From Lama glama (Eukaryota), in the NCBI GenBank assembly GCA_028534125.1, contig CM052816.1:83764001-83828000 (forward strand): a stretch of DNA of 64,000 bases. Reading direction: 5' to 3'. The notes under the pieces are model-generated. The model saw nothing but the letters and a program-made list of their open reading frames with translations. It was not told the origin of the DNA and did not search any database. This document shows positions 41,604 through 53,619 of this stretch, piece after piece. Within the stretch, counting starts at the first letter, position 1. Each line of letters starts with the position of its first letter. The translations under genes and the position numbers were made by a program.

Positions 41604-42046
41604 TGTTGTGGATTGAATTTTGCCCCCAAAAGATACATTCAAGTTTTAATCCTCAGTATGTGATTTTATTTGGAAATATGATCATTGCAGATATAATTAA
41701 GATGTAAGTTAAAAAGAAGGCTTAAGATTCAGATTTGTCCATAAATGCAATCACTAGTGTCCTTATAATGACAGTAAAAGATACACAGAGATACACAAGG
41801 ATAATGACATGTGAAATGGAGGCAAAGATTGGAGTGATGCACCTGTTTGTTAAGGATTGTCATCAAACACCAGAGCTGGGAGAGAGGCATAGAACGTATT
41901 AACCCTCAGAGCTTCCAGAAGAAATCAGTCTTGTTGACATTTTGTTGATTTCAGACTCCTAGACTCTAGAACTTCGGGAGAATAAATTTTTGCCTTAACC
42001 ATACAGTTTGTGGTACTTTATTATGGCAGCCATAGGAAACGGTACA
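41604..42046 (+). mobile_element. MLT1B/C-type LTR
   Basis: TGttgtggattgaattttgccccc...ggaggcaaagattggagtgatgc...ggcagccataggaaacggtaCA. Confidence 0.9.
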
Positions 42047-42435
42047 ATATCCTTGACATAAATTTTGCCATAAATATTTTTATTCATCGAGCAATTTTAC
42101 TTGGTACCAATCCTTAGACTAATCCTCGCAATTCAGGCACTTACTAGACTGAAATCTTTTTCATTCAAAACTCATTTATAAATCTCATCTCTTACCTTTT
42201 GTGGACTAAAAGCAGTCAGCTATTCTAAATTTGGCAAGTCTCTAAAAGTTTAATGTGTCTTTATTTATTCCCTTTCATTTCTGCTTGCAAATTGGCTCCC
42301 CTTTTTCCCCGAGTTCAACTTGTTTTTATAAATATAATATTTTGCCAGATGCAGCCAATAGTAACCAACTTTTTTTTTCCACTAAGCTTCTGTTTTCCAA
42401 CATTTATCCCTCAAGTGTTAGGTTCTGTAGGCATA

Positions 42436-42941
42436 CAGGCATACCTCAGAGACACTGAGGGTTCAGCTCCAAACTACAGCAATAAGCAAATATCACAGTA
42501 AAGCCAGTCACACAATTTTTTGGTTTGTTTCATAGCACACGTAAAAGTTATGTTTACACTATATTGTAGTCTATTAAGTGTTCAATAGAACTATGTCTAA
42601 AAAAACAATGTGCATACTTTAATTTGAAAGTAACTTTTAAATATTATGTTGCTATGAAATACTGTCATCTGAACCTTCAGGGAGTCATGATCTTTTTGCA
42701 ATAGTAACACCAAAGATCATTGATTGCAATTCACCATAACAAATATGATAATAATGAAAAAGTTTGAAATACTGCAAGAATTACAAAATGTGACACAGAG
42801 ACTTGAAGTGAGCAAATGATGTTGGAAAAATGGCACCAATAGACTTGCTCAATGCAGTGTTGGAACAAAGCTTCAATTTGTAAAAAATGCAATCTCTGCA
42901 AAGCCCAACAAAGCAAAGCACAGTAAAATGAGGTCTGCCTG
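42436..42941 (-). mobile_element. Tigger1 internal-deletion MITE
   Basis: TIRs CAGGCATACCTC...GAGGTCTGCCTG with TA on both sides; Tigger1 end sequences and no transposase. Confidence 0.9.
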
Positions 42942-43089
42942 TATGTAATTCTTGCAAATTCATCAGACAACCAAATTAATAAATGTTTTGTTACAGCTTT
43001 ATACTAAAATGTTTTTCCAGCCTCAATGATAATTTTTCTTGCTGCTGCCCCTCGCAGGACAGGCGGGTTGAGTGAGTTCCCTCGGATCT

Positions 43090-43239
43090 CCCATATAAGG
43101 GAATTAATCCTATTCATGAGCTCTCCACTCTCGTAACCTAACCGCTTCCCAAAGGCCTCACCCACTAATGCCATCACATTGAGGGGTTAGGATTTCAGCA
43201 TATGGTTTTTGGAGGGACACAAACATTCAGTTTATAACA
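43090..43239 (-). mobile_element. MLT1A/MST-type LTR fragment
   Basis: cccaaaggcctcac...atcacattgaggggttaggatttcagcatatg...gacacaaacattcag. Confidence 0.8.
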
Positions 43240-44924
43240 GCCCTGCTAACGGTAAAAGTGCTGGAAAGTGTGGACATCCATATGTCTAAATTGAAATGGG
43301 AACATAACATTAGTGAACAATAGTAATGTCTATGAAAAAATCTATATGTAGGGATACATTGAATTGATATTTCTGATTGACAGAGGAAGGTTTATAAAAT
43401 TCAAAGGAAAAAGACAAAAAATCAGAAGCATCTAAAAAATAGCAACAACAATTCTGATTATTTTGTGAACTAATAATGAGGTTTAACAATAGTTTTTTCA
43501 ACATTTTAAACATTTGATTGTATAAATTATATCTTGGAATTATTCCATTATCATTTTGTTTTGTTAATGAACACTATCCAAACAAGGAATAATGTAAGAT
43601 GGAAAATTAATGTCATTTCTAAAATACACAGATACGTACAATTATTTCACCAAACAAAAGCATATTATCATACATTAAAAATATGCAAAGGTTTGTTTAT
43701 TATATATGTTCATTATATAAATGTAAAATATAATCCATGATATAGACATTGTGTTACTATATATAATATTTCTCATTCCACCTCGTATGTGCGTGTCTGC
43801 TCTTCTGAATTTCTGAGAATACGTGGTGATGTTAAGGTGGGAACCAGGAGGAAAGATTAGTCAAGCACAGTGGCATACGCTTCCAGATGTCTTGTGCTGA
43901 GGAGCACAGCTACGGTCTCTCTGCTTCATTTAGGCTGGATTATATTTACAAAGACCAGACTGAACCTCTAAATGTTCATACTGAGTAGAATTTCACTCTT
44001 TTCTCAACATCTGCTCAAAGAAATTTGCATAGATACCACATGTGACAACCAGCCGATAATGCTTGAAACACTTGTACGATGTTCTCCGACTGAAGGGGCA
44101 GGTCTACTTCAACACTCTTTCACTCCTAATGGAAATTCTACCTCTTCTATCATTTCAAGGAATCCTGTAATTGTCTAGTAAGGAAAAATGTTATAAAGTT
44201 AATTTAACTATGAGAAAAATAATTTGATAACGAAAACCAAAGGTATAAATGGAAAAAAAAAAACCTTTATGTATTAGATGTTCTAATGAGGCTTAAAAAA
44301 AGATTTTTTTTTTTAAATTTTAGGGACTCAGAAGTGTTCTAGGCAGTTATTAAATGTATTTCTTTTAGGAGAATAGTACTATATTGTTTAAAAAGGGAGT
44401 ATCTGGTTGGCATAAGTAGAATTTGATATTGCTGTTTCCATAACAATTAAATGATATGCCATGTTTTGTGAAGATATGACCTGAAACTTTTCCACTTTAA
44501 TAGGCTGATTATTTTACGTTGGGATATTTGGGAAGGGGGAGCCCTTGTTTCTAATTAGAGGAATTGGTTGCTTTCTTTAGAGATTTTCTGCCACTTTGAA
44601 GTACTTAAATATACAGTAGAACTGTACTTAAATTTTCAAAACTTAAAATGCATTTTTGCAGAGCATTTTTAAAAATAATCACACCCTGAATATATTAAAC
44701 CCCCAAATGTAAATAATTTGTCTTAACAAAAGATAAAATAGAGGCCTGTTTATTATGATGATTCATTCAAGTTATTTTTAGATATACAAATTATTCATTA
44801 TTTTATTTATTTTATAAGCTTCCTCAGAGCACATATGTTTTTATAAGGTGGAAAATTACAGATTAGTAGCAATGAAAATGTTCATGCTCCAACAGAAGAA
44901 ACTGTGGATAAATCCTTGTTAAAA

Positions 44925-45117
44925 CAGTTGACCTTTAAACGAAGGGAATTTAAACTGCGTGGGTCCACTTACTTGTGGATATTTTCCAATAGGTAAAAAT
45001 ACAGTACTACAGGGTCCATGTTTCATTGAATTGGCTGATGGGGAGGAACCATGGATGTGGAGGAACTGATTACAAATTATTGGCAGATTAACCCCTGCCT
45101 TGTTCAAGGGTCAACTG
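44925..45117. mobile_element. Tigger2-type MITE
   Basis: TIRs CAGTTGACCTTTAAAC...GTTCAAGGGTCAACTG. Confidence 0.9.
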
Positions 45118-45709
45118 CAATCATTTTCCCCCTATTTTATATAGATTATCTCAATGTATAGGACAATAGAAAATAAAAGAAATATAGATGGTTTTCTTAT
45201 TGCTTTGATTTTTTTAAAAAAATCAAAAGTTTATTAATAGCGAATGTATAAAATTCAACATTTAATGGGGTGCTTTCTTACACAAAGGACAATCATACAT
45301 TTCATGGACATTTGCAAAATTTGATTTTCTGTATGTAAAATTACGTTTATACATTGTAGTAATTCTGTTAAAAATTATAAAGAGAAAAGAACCTACATTT
45401 TGTAAATATTTTGCATGTTTTTCAAATAAAATGTTTGCTTTAAAAGGCTTATAAATAGTACTGCATTTTTTAAAAATTTAATTTGATTTAGCTTTTTGGC
45501 TTGGTTTACTTTTTCTAAAGGGATTACCCTTTCTAAACTACTATCTTTATATATGGAGCACAGTTCAACATGCCTCAAATGTCCTGACATGTAATTCTTA
45601 TCTCATCAGGGAATTTAAATACCAAAATCAACAGTAGTGGCTTTACACTTACTCAACACTGTAAGGTCCCCATGCACTCATTCATTTGTTCATTCATTCA
45701 CTCATTCAT

Positions 45710-46560
45710 CTTCTTTCTTTTTTTCTAAATTTTGGTAAAATAAAAATAACATAAAATTTACCAATGTAACTATTTTAAATTGTACAGTTCAAAGAATGTT
45801 AAGTGTATCCACATTGTTGTGAAACCACTCTCCAGACCTTTTCCATTTTGCAAAATTCAAACCCAACATTCATTCAGCAACTCTGTATTTCCCCTCCCTC
45901 CATCCCCTGGCATCCACCATTTGACTTTGTCTCTATGAACTTGAATATTTTAAGTATTTCATATGAGTGGAATCATGTATTTGTTCTTTTTGGACTGGCT
46001 TATATCACTTAGCATAATTTCTTCAAGATTCATCAATGTTCTAATATGTGTGAAAATAGCTTTCTTTTTTATGGTTGAACAATATTCCACTGCATGTATA
46101 TACTGCACTTTGTTTATTCATTTACCTATTGGACATTTGGGTTGCCTTTATATTTTGGCTATCGTGAGCCAATCTGTATGCTCACACATGTGAACTGCTA
46201 TGAATATAAATGTGCAAATATCTCTTTGAGGTCTTGGTTTCAATTCTCTTGGATATATACCCAGGAATGGAGTTGCTGGATTATATAGTAATTTAATTTT
46301 TAATTTTTTGAGGCACTGCCATACTGTTTTCCACTGTGGCTGCACCATTTACCTTTCCAACAATAGTGCACAAGGGCTCCAGTTTCTCTACATCTTTACC
46401 AACATTTATTATTTTCTGAGGGTTTATTTATTTTTGACAGTAGCCATCCTAATCAGTGTGAGATAATATCTCATTTGGTTTTGATTTACGTTTTTGTGAT
46501 GATTAGTGATGTAGAATATGCTTTCATGTGCTTGTTGGTTTCCATGCATTTTCTGCATTT
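45710..46560 (-). mobile_element. L1MA/MB 3' part including ORF2 C-terminus
   Basis: ORF 46148-46348 VQPQWKTVWQCLKKLKIKLLYNPATPFLGIYP matches the L1 ORF2p C-terminus. Confidence 0.9.
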
Positions 46561-46699
46561 CATAATGTCTTATTCCTGCTTTTGATCTCAGAGATGCACA
46601 AGGCATATGAAATAGATATATATTTATTTTCATATATATTTGCATATATATGTATACATATATACATTTATATAGTGTCAGTCTCATCCTATTGATAGT

Positions 46700-47294
46700 G
46701 ATGTTCTTGCCTAAGAATGCCTGAGGCACACATCTGGGCCAATTTACACTCAGAGCTCCCCCACAGTCATTCCACCACCATCAGGTCCAATCACCATCAA
46801 GACCAATGTTGTGGTGGCCCTTGTTCTTATTAAGTTTGCAGGATGCACCTCAGCAAAACCACAAGGTAACATTGGAAAACAAGACTTATTATTCACAAGT
46901 CCTGAAGGGTACACGGCATGCTCAAGGGTCACACAACTGAGACTGAGGGTCGAGAGAGATAGAAGCAGTATAGACCTGGGGCTCTGCCTGTATTAGGGTC
47001 AGAGGGTGGAGTGTCTAGGGTTTCCAGAGTCCACTCATTATTGGCAAAATTAGGACGCAAGAGGATAAAGCAGGGTCACTCAGGCCATCAGTTGTTCGAT
47101 TACCCAGGGCTTTCTAAAAGAGAAACTTCATGGGTAAGATTTGGTTTCTATCTAGCTGTTTTGCTGGATGCCGGGTCATACAACTGGCAATATATTTATT
47201 CAAGATGGATGCCTTTGAAATGGATGTTTCTGTGATCAAAAGCTGAATGTCAGGCACTTATGTTACAATAAAAAGCTTAATGTCAGGTGCTACA
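46700..47294 (-). mobile_element. MER74/MER73-like ERVL LTR
   Basis: ggggctctgcctgtattagggtc...tagggtttc and terminal aagcttaatgtcaggtgctaca. Confidence 0.65.
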
Positions 47295-49949
47295 ATATGG
47301 AATACATTACTTTTAATATTTACATACACTACAATATGGAACGGGAGAACAGTTCTGAATACTCAATGTACTTATTTTATTTCATATTTACAGTATTTTT
47401 CTGTTGACGATCTTGAGTTTCTTCATATGCAGAACACCTCATCTGCATGTAACGTCTTATTTTCTGCAGTTATGTGTCCATTTTTTATAACTTTTGAAAT
47501 CTTGAAGGAGAAGCAAAATTATTATCTTTCACCTCAATAGAATTGTGTTGCCATGGCTTCAGATTTGAAGTTTTATTTAATAAATACAATATGATAATTA
47601 TTTCCTCACTGAATTTAAGAAAGGTGATTCCCTCTTGCTTTATAGAAAGCGATCTCTACCCATCACCTACTATTCCCCCCTGCCCCAAAATAATGTGACA
47701 TAATTTTATCTCTATCTGAAATAAGCTTGGGCCTCTCACCAATCTTTTCCTGGTCACGAATATCTCACTGCCTCTCCTCAGAAGAGAGCGATGCAGTTTT
47801 AATACTGGGAAATCTAACACTCTGCCCCCCTTTAATGGCTTAACTCCATCTCTCCTGACACTGAACCTCAGAAAAAAATCATTTCTTTCAATCTTATGTT
47901 CCTGTTTTCTCTTTTGATAATATCAAAAATGATTTAGTTAAAGGACTTGAAGGGAAAATTTTACTATTCCTACATACTATAGAATAACTAAATTCCAAAA
48001 TTCCTGAATACATGTCTCCTCATTTCATCAATGTAGGTTTTCAAAATCTTGGTTTTTTTTTATTTTTCTTGTGTCACATATATCATTCTGCAACCTTATA
48101 TGGGGGATTCTTTACAACTGTTTTATACCAAATTATATTTGTGCACTAGAAAACAATTATTTTTAGTTATTTATAACCAATAGAAAGTTTTCATCTATTT
48201 TTAAATTTTTATCATAAAAATATTTACATTATTGAGACATATATTGTTATTCTAGTCTGTAATTCAGTAAAGTGAATTTTGTAGAACTAAATGATCCCTT
48301 CAAGATTTCTCACTTTGTGTGTGTGCATGTATGTGTGTGTGTGTGGTTTCTGTGTTTTAACTGGTAGGTCAATAAAATACTTTCTTATAAGTCCAAGAGA
48401 AAATAAAAAGTTCACATCAATTATGTAAGTGTGTGTGTATGTGTGTGTAGGCTTTTCCCAGATTGCACTTATATCATCATGCTGATATTAAAATATATTT
48501 ACTTATATGTCTAAAACATAAAAATAAGTATAGGTAAAATTTATAAAACTATACATCTCAGTTTGAAAACATTACTCATTTGTATTGTGTGTTTGTGTAT
48601 TTATGTACATTTCTGTGTGTGTAAAAGTATGTATTCTAATAATCAAGAATATGATTTTCTTCACAATAGTGAGCTGTAGGATTAGTATATAAAATATTTT
48701 ATTTATTTTATTAAATTATATCTGCTGAATATGATTAAGGAAGCAAACAATATAGGAAAAAAGTTACCAACTGGGGATCAGAAGTTCCTTAGTAAGGCTA
48801 AAATCACTAATATATTCTCATGATAATAATTAAATGTAAAAAACAAGTCAGTTGTGTATAGCCAGAGAGTGGTTGATGGGTGAAGACCTGTTTAATAAAA
48901 TAATGAGAAAGCAGGTCTCATTAGGAATGCCATAGAAACTAGCATGCATGCTATTTCTCTTTCTACCTCAAACAGTTTTAGCAGATCGAATAGGGCAAAA
49001 CAGATCTAGAAATCCTTCCATATTTCTATCTGGAAATTAATGGAAAACAAATCTATCCACCATATATTAAGTTTATAAACTTACAGTCTTAGTACTATGC
49101 TAAATGCAAGTAATGTATACAACTCATATTCAGTGTAATTTTTAAATTTGAGTTTGTCTAATTACCATCAAATAATCTAGACCTTCAATTTATTTTGATG
49201 ATTTTCTATGGAAATGATAGTTATAAATACACTGAATCATCATTATAATTGTCTATACAATGAAGTCTCATAGGGCCTAATGTTTAAATAGAAGTCTATT
49301 TAGATGTAGTAATATACAATATCTGGACATCTTACTCTTGATCTATCTGTCTACCTTGTTAGTATTGTCTTAGTTCTTTAAAATAAGACTTTTGTTATAA
49401 AACTAGAATGCAGTTAAAATCAGATTATGTGTAATTAATATTTTTCTAATATCATAGCATATTAAAATTAATTTGCTTATAGTTAAATATTAAATGTATT
49501 TTTGGTATCAATTAATGTTACAAACTAGGGTTCAAGAAAAAAATTAAACCTACTTTAAAAATGTCTGGAAGTAAGTCAGGGAGCACAAGATTTAGATATA
49601 ACCACATATATTTCTCAGCCTAGAAATATCATAATTTGAATGACTGGAGATTCATAATAATTCTTCAGGAGAATTTCAAATGACATCGACTGTACAGATC
49701 CTTTGAGTTCTGAAATGTGACCAGGTGCTTGTTTGTCTGGGAAAGATGAAGTGAAAAATCATAGGTTTTTGGAAGATCATCATAATAGGATATTGGGACA
49801 ACTGAATAAGGTTCGGTGATGAAATAAAAAGTGCTAAATATTTTAATGAGTATGGGCAGCTGTAAAAGCGAGGTCTCATAATTCAAAAAGAAACATGGTA
49901 GGTGGTATAATTTGATTTTGGGCATTTCAATTAAAAGTGATATTGTTTC

Positions 49950-50581
49950 CTAAAAATAGAGCTACCATGGATACCAGATGAAAACTCTTAATTTGAAGAG
50001 ATACATGTACCCCAATGTCCATACCAGCACTATTCAACACGATTTACAATAGAAAAGATATGGAAACAACCCAAGTGTCCATCAACAGATGATTGGTTTA
50101 AGAAGGTTTCCACACAATGGAAAATTACCCAGTTATAAAAAGAATGAAATATTACCATTTGCCACAACATGGATTGACCTAGAGAATACCATACTAAGTG
50201 AAGTAAGTCAGATAGAGAAAGGCAAATATTATATGGTATCATTTGTGTGTGAAATCTAAAATATAATACAAATGAATCTATATACAAAACAGAAACAGAC
50301 TCGCAGGCATAGAAGACAAATTTATATTTACCAAAGGGAAAAGGGAGGGAGGAGGGATAAATTAGGAGTATGGGATTAACAGATACAAACTACCATACAT
50401 AAAATAGATAAGAAACAAAGATTTACTGTATAGTACAGAGAATTACATTCAGTATCCTGAAACAACCTATAATGGAAAGTAATCTAAAAAAAAATGTATA
50501 GCTTAATTACTTTGCTGTACACCTGAAAGTAACATAATATTGTAAATCAACTATACCTCAAAAAAAAAGAGGAATGTTAAA
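49950..50581 (+). mobile_element. 5'-truncated artiodactyl-type L1 with perfect TSD
   Basis: L1 ORF2 end and 3'UTR; 17-bp TSD AAAAGTGATATTGTTTC at 49933-49949 and 50582-50598; TT|AAAA endonuclease site. Confidence 0.95.
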
Positions 50582-50797
50582 AAAAGTGATATTGTTTCAA
50601 AATATCAGCAGAGTAATATAGATTCATTTCCTTCTTTCAAGCTGTAAGTGTCTGACACTAGCATTTACACATAAACACAAATTGATGTTTAATAAAACTA
50701 TATGTATATAATTTTTAACCAATGAAAATTGTCAGATTGTCAGGAAATTGATTCTACTTATCACCTTTTAAATTTTTAAGTGCTAAGTATATTTTTG

Positions 50798-51010
50798 CAG
50801 GGGTCATTACTTAGTCTGCCTCTATTAAACATTTTTAAAATTAATGATTAGGGTGATGAACCAGAGTGTCTTTATTAAATTTGCTGATGACACCAATTTG
50901 GTAGGCCAATTAGCACATTTGAAAACTGGATTAAAATTCAAAATGACCTTGATGAGTTGGAGAGGAGCCTGGTTATAAACAAGATGAAGTTGATTAAGTT
51001 CAACTGAGCA
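50798..51010 (+). mobile_element. L3/CR1 LINE reverse transcriptase relic
   Basis: Translates across frameshifts to QGSLLSLPLLNIFKIND, KFADDTNLVG and IQNDLDELER, matching CR1 RT motifs. Confidence 0.85.
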
Positions 51011-52924
51011 ATAATTCACTTAGCCTATTTCACATTTACAGTGGCCAAGCCATTATGCAACTCTGATCGGAAGTTTTAATCAAATAGTTTGAAGGATCTA
51101 TCTTTATTGCAGTACAGTCACAACAAGTGTGAATTCAAGATTTTTGTGCATCCAGCTGGCATAAAAACTAAGTTATTAGTTTAATCAAAATGATGCTGCT
51201 GCCAGGGTTCTTCAAGGTATGAAAGCCAAGGTTTAGATGATATTTCACACCTATCAGAAATTACTTAGAACGTGACAATGTTTCTAAACTGAGTTAAAAA
51301 AATCAATAGAGAAGTCAGAACCACCATGTAAGTTGACAAATGTGTTAAAAGGGAAAATAGTGGTAAATACATGATTACATAAAATTTGGGTAAGTGCTTT
51401 TTATATATTAGTTACTTAATGTTTTGGAGAGAATTTCTATAACTGAATTACAGTGTCAAGACTTTGAAAGATTAATTATCTGTGAATAAAGTTTTTTAAC
51501 GTATGAGTAAACTAGCTTAAAAGATTGTATGACTAACAAATAATTTTATACATCAGAATTAACATTAATATTAACATTTTTTTCTTTAATATGAGTTTTA
51601 AAATTTGAGGATCAAAGTTCTCATACACATTTTCAATTGTGAGGACAAAATGTTTTCACAGAGATCCAGAAATTTTGTCAATATCCTAGAACCCATCTAT
51701 TATACATTTCCTCTGGTCAATATAGCCAAGGATAAGAAACGTAAGAAATGTCTTCTCAATAAATATGGTTTCAGGGCACTTCTGTTCTTTCTTCTAATTA
51801 ATAGACTTTTATTATCTAGAGTATTTTAAGAGATTGTGAATGAGTGTCTCTCCCTCTCTTTCTCCCACCCTCTCTCTTCTTTTTCCTTTTCTCACTCATG
51901 CAAAAGAGCTAGATAGTAACCAAATGGCATAACTGAAAAATTAGATGATTTAATGTGAGACAATATTGCCAAAATGGAATGTCTTTAAAATTCTAGAAGC
52001 AGAGACGCATTGTATTGAATATCCTGGGAAAAAAAAATCATGTTTTTCGTTTTTTTTAAATCCCTTAATCATGTTTCCTTGACTTCCTGAAAGTGGCAAA
52101 ATTCTTTCTGCTATTGGTGTGATACCTTGGTAGAACTGTCAGAAAGATCAAATTTCCTTCAAAGTATTAGATTTTGTCACAAAATTCACAAGTACCAGTT
52201 CCCTGGAGGCAAACGTAAATATACTGTCAGTTTTTTTGTGTTTGTTTGCTCCAACACTGTGTGATGTACTGTCTCTTGGGAGGTAGATTTGCTTCACTTA
52301 CTTCTCCAAAGGTTTACTTTGAACTAATAAAAATTATTTTAGAAAATGCAAGGTGAAATGATTTTTAATCAACAATTGATGAATTTTTTAAGTTTCAAAA
52401 TTCTTAAAGTTTTAGATATGAACAGAGATGAATAAAATATTCAACATGATAAATGCAATTTTATGAATCTTTATTAATAAACCAAATTATTGCATTCAGT
52501 TTAAAATTACTGTTGACATCAAATAATTAACAATTTTAAATAGGCATAAACTATTTTATCCTCAACTAAATAGTGATGGTGAAAATAAAGAAACTCAGGA
52601 TTATTTGATAAAGTATAAAGTTGTTATAAATTCTAACATTTACACTTTGACACTATCAATCAACAGTCAAAAGCAAGAGGAACAAAAACAAGATAAACTA
52701 TGTAAATATAGTCTCTAATATTTAACTTCAAGAATTAAACAGTTCAAAATGGTATCCAAATTTGTAGTAAATTTTTGGGTAGTAGATATCTCAATACTTA
52801 AGAAATACAAAATTGAAAATACAGTAAAAAATATTAGGTACTTTACGTAAACATGTAAACACACCTATACACGATCAAATCCACACTCACTAAGTCCAGA
52901 CTTCATAAAAATGCCTGATACCTG

Positions 52925-53090
52925 GCAGGGGATATTTACTAAGCACTTGGCATTTAATTTCACCTTCACAACAGTACTCAGTGTATGCACTCTTTTACCC
53001 ATTTAACAAATAAGAGGATTGAGATTCTTTGGTTAAATAGCTGGCAACAACTTGACGTGGCAGAGGTGGTATTTCAATTCAGACATGCCC
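52925..53090 (-). mobile_element. MIR SINE
   Basis: acccatttaacaaataagaggattgaga...ggttaaatagct...gtggcagaggtggtatttcaattcag. Confidence 0.75.
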
Positions 53091-53619
53091 TTTAAAAACA
53101 AGAAAGCTCATGATATTATATTTATCCTGTTGCGGATATTTGCTGTATGACAACACAAATGCATAAATGGACAACCATGAAACAAAAATGCACTAGAGCA
53201 GACTAATGTAGTTCGCAGTCTTTTATCCAACTGTATCTCCCTGATAAAGAAACACAAAAAATACGTCTGTCAAAAGAGAAACGTTTGCTGACTTTTTTCC
53301 CTGTATACGATCTTCAATATGACTTATAATGACTTTTTAAAAGAGCAATGTTCATACAATGCAGGCATAACTGTCATAACCATTAACTTTCACAATTTTC
53401 CAATATTCTTTCTAAGACTCATCTAAATACTTCTCAGTAGATTATTTCATGACCAATCGGATTTTAGCAAACATGAAAATCAAACTGAGATGGTATGTAA
53501 ATACTTAGAAAAGTGATAACAACTCAAATCTAAAGAAAAGGATGAGTATTCCAAGGTGAAATTGATAAAATAATTAAATTTTTAAAACTCAATACAACAA
53601 ATGCAATCAAATTGTTCGT

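Noticed and set aside
39898..42046. Full LTR-internal-LTR MaLR provirus
   Set aside because: The LTRs look like different subfamilies, the intervening DNA lacks the MLT-int start, and there is no shared TSD
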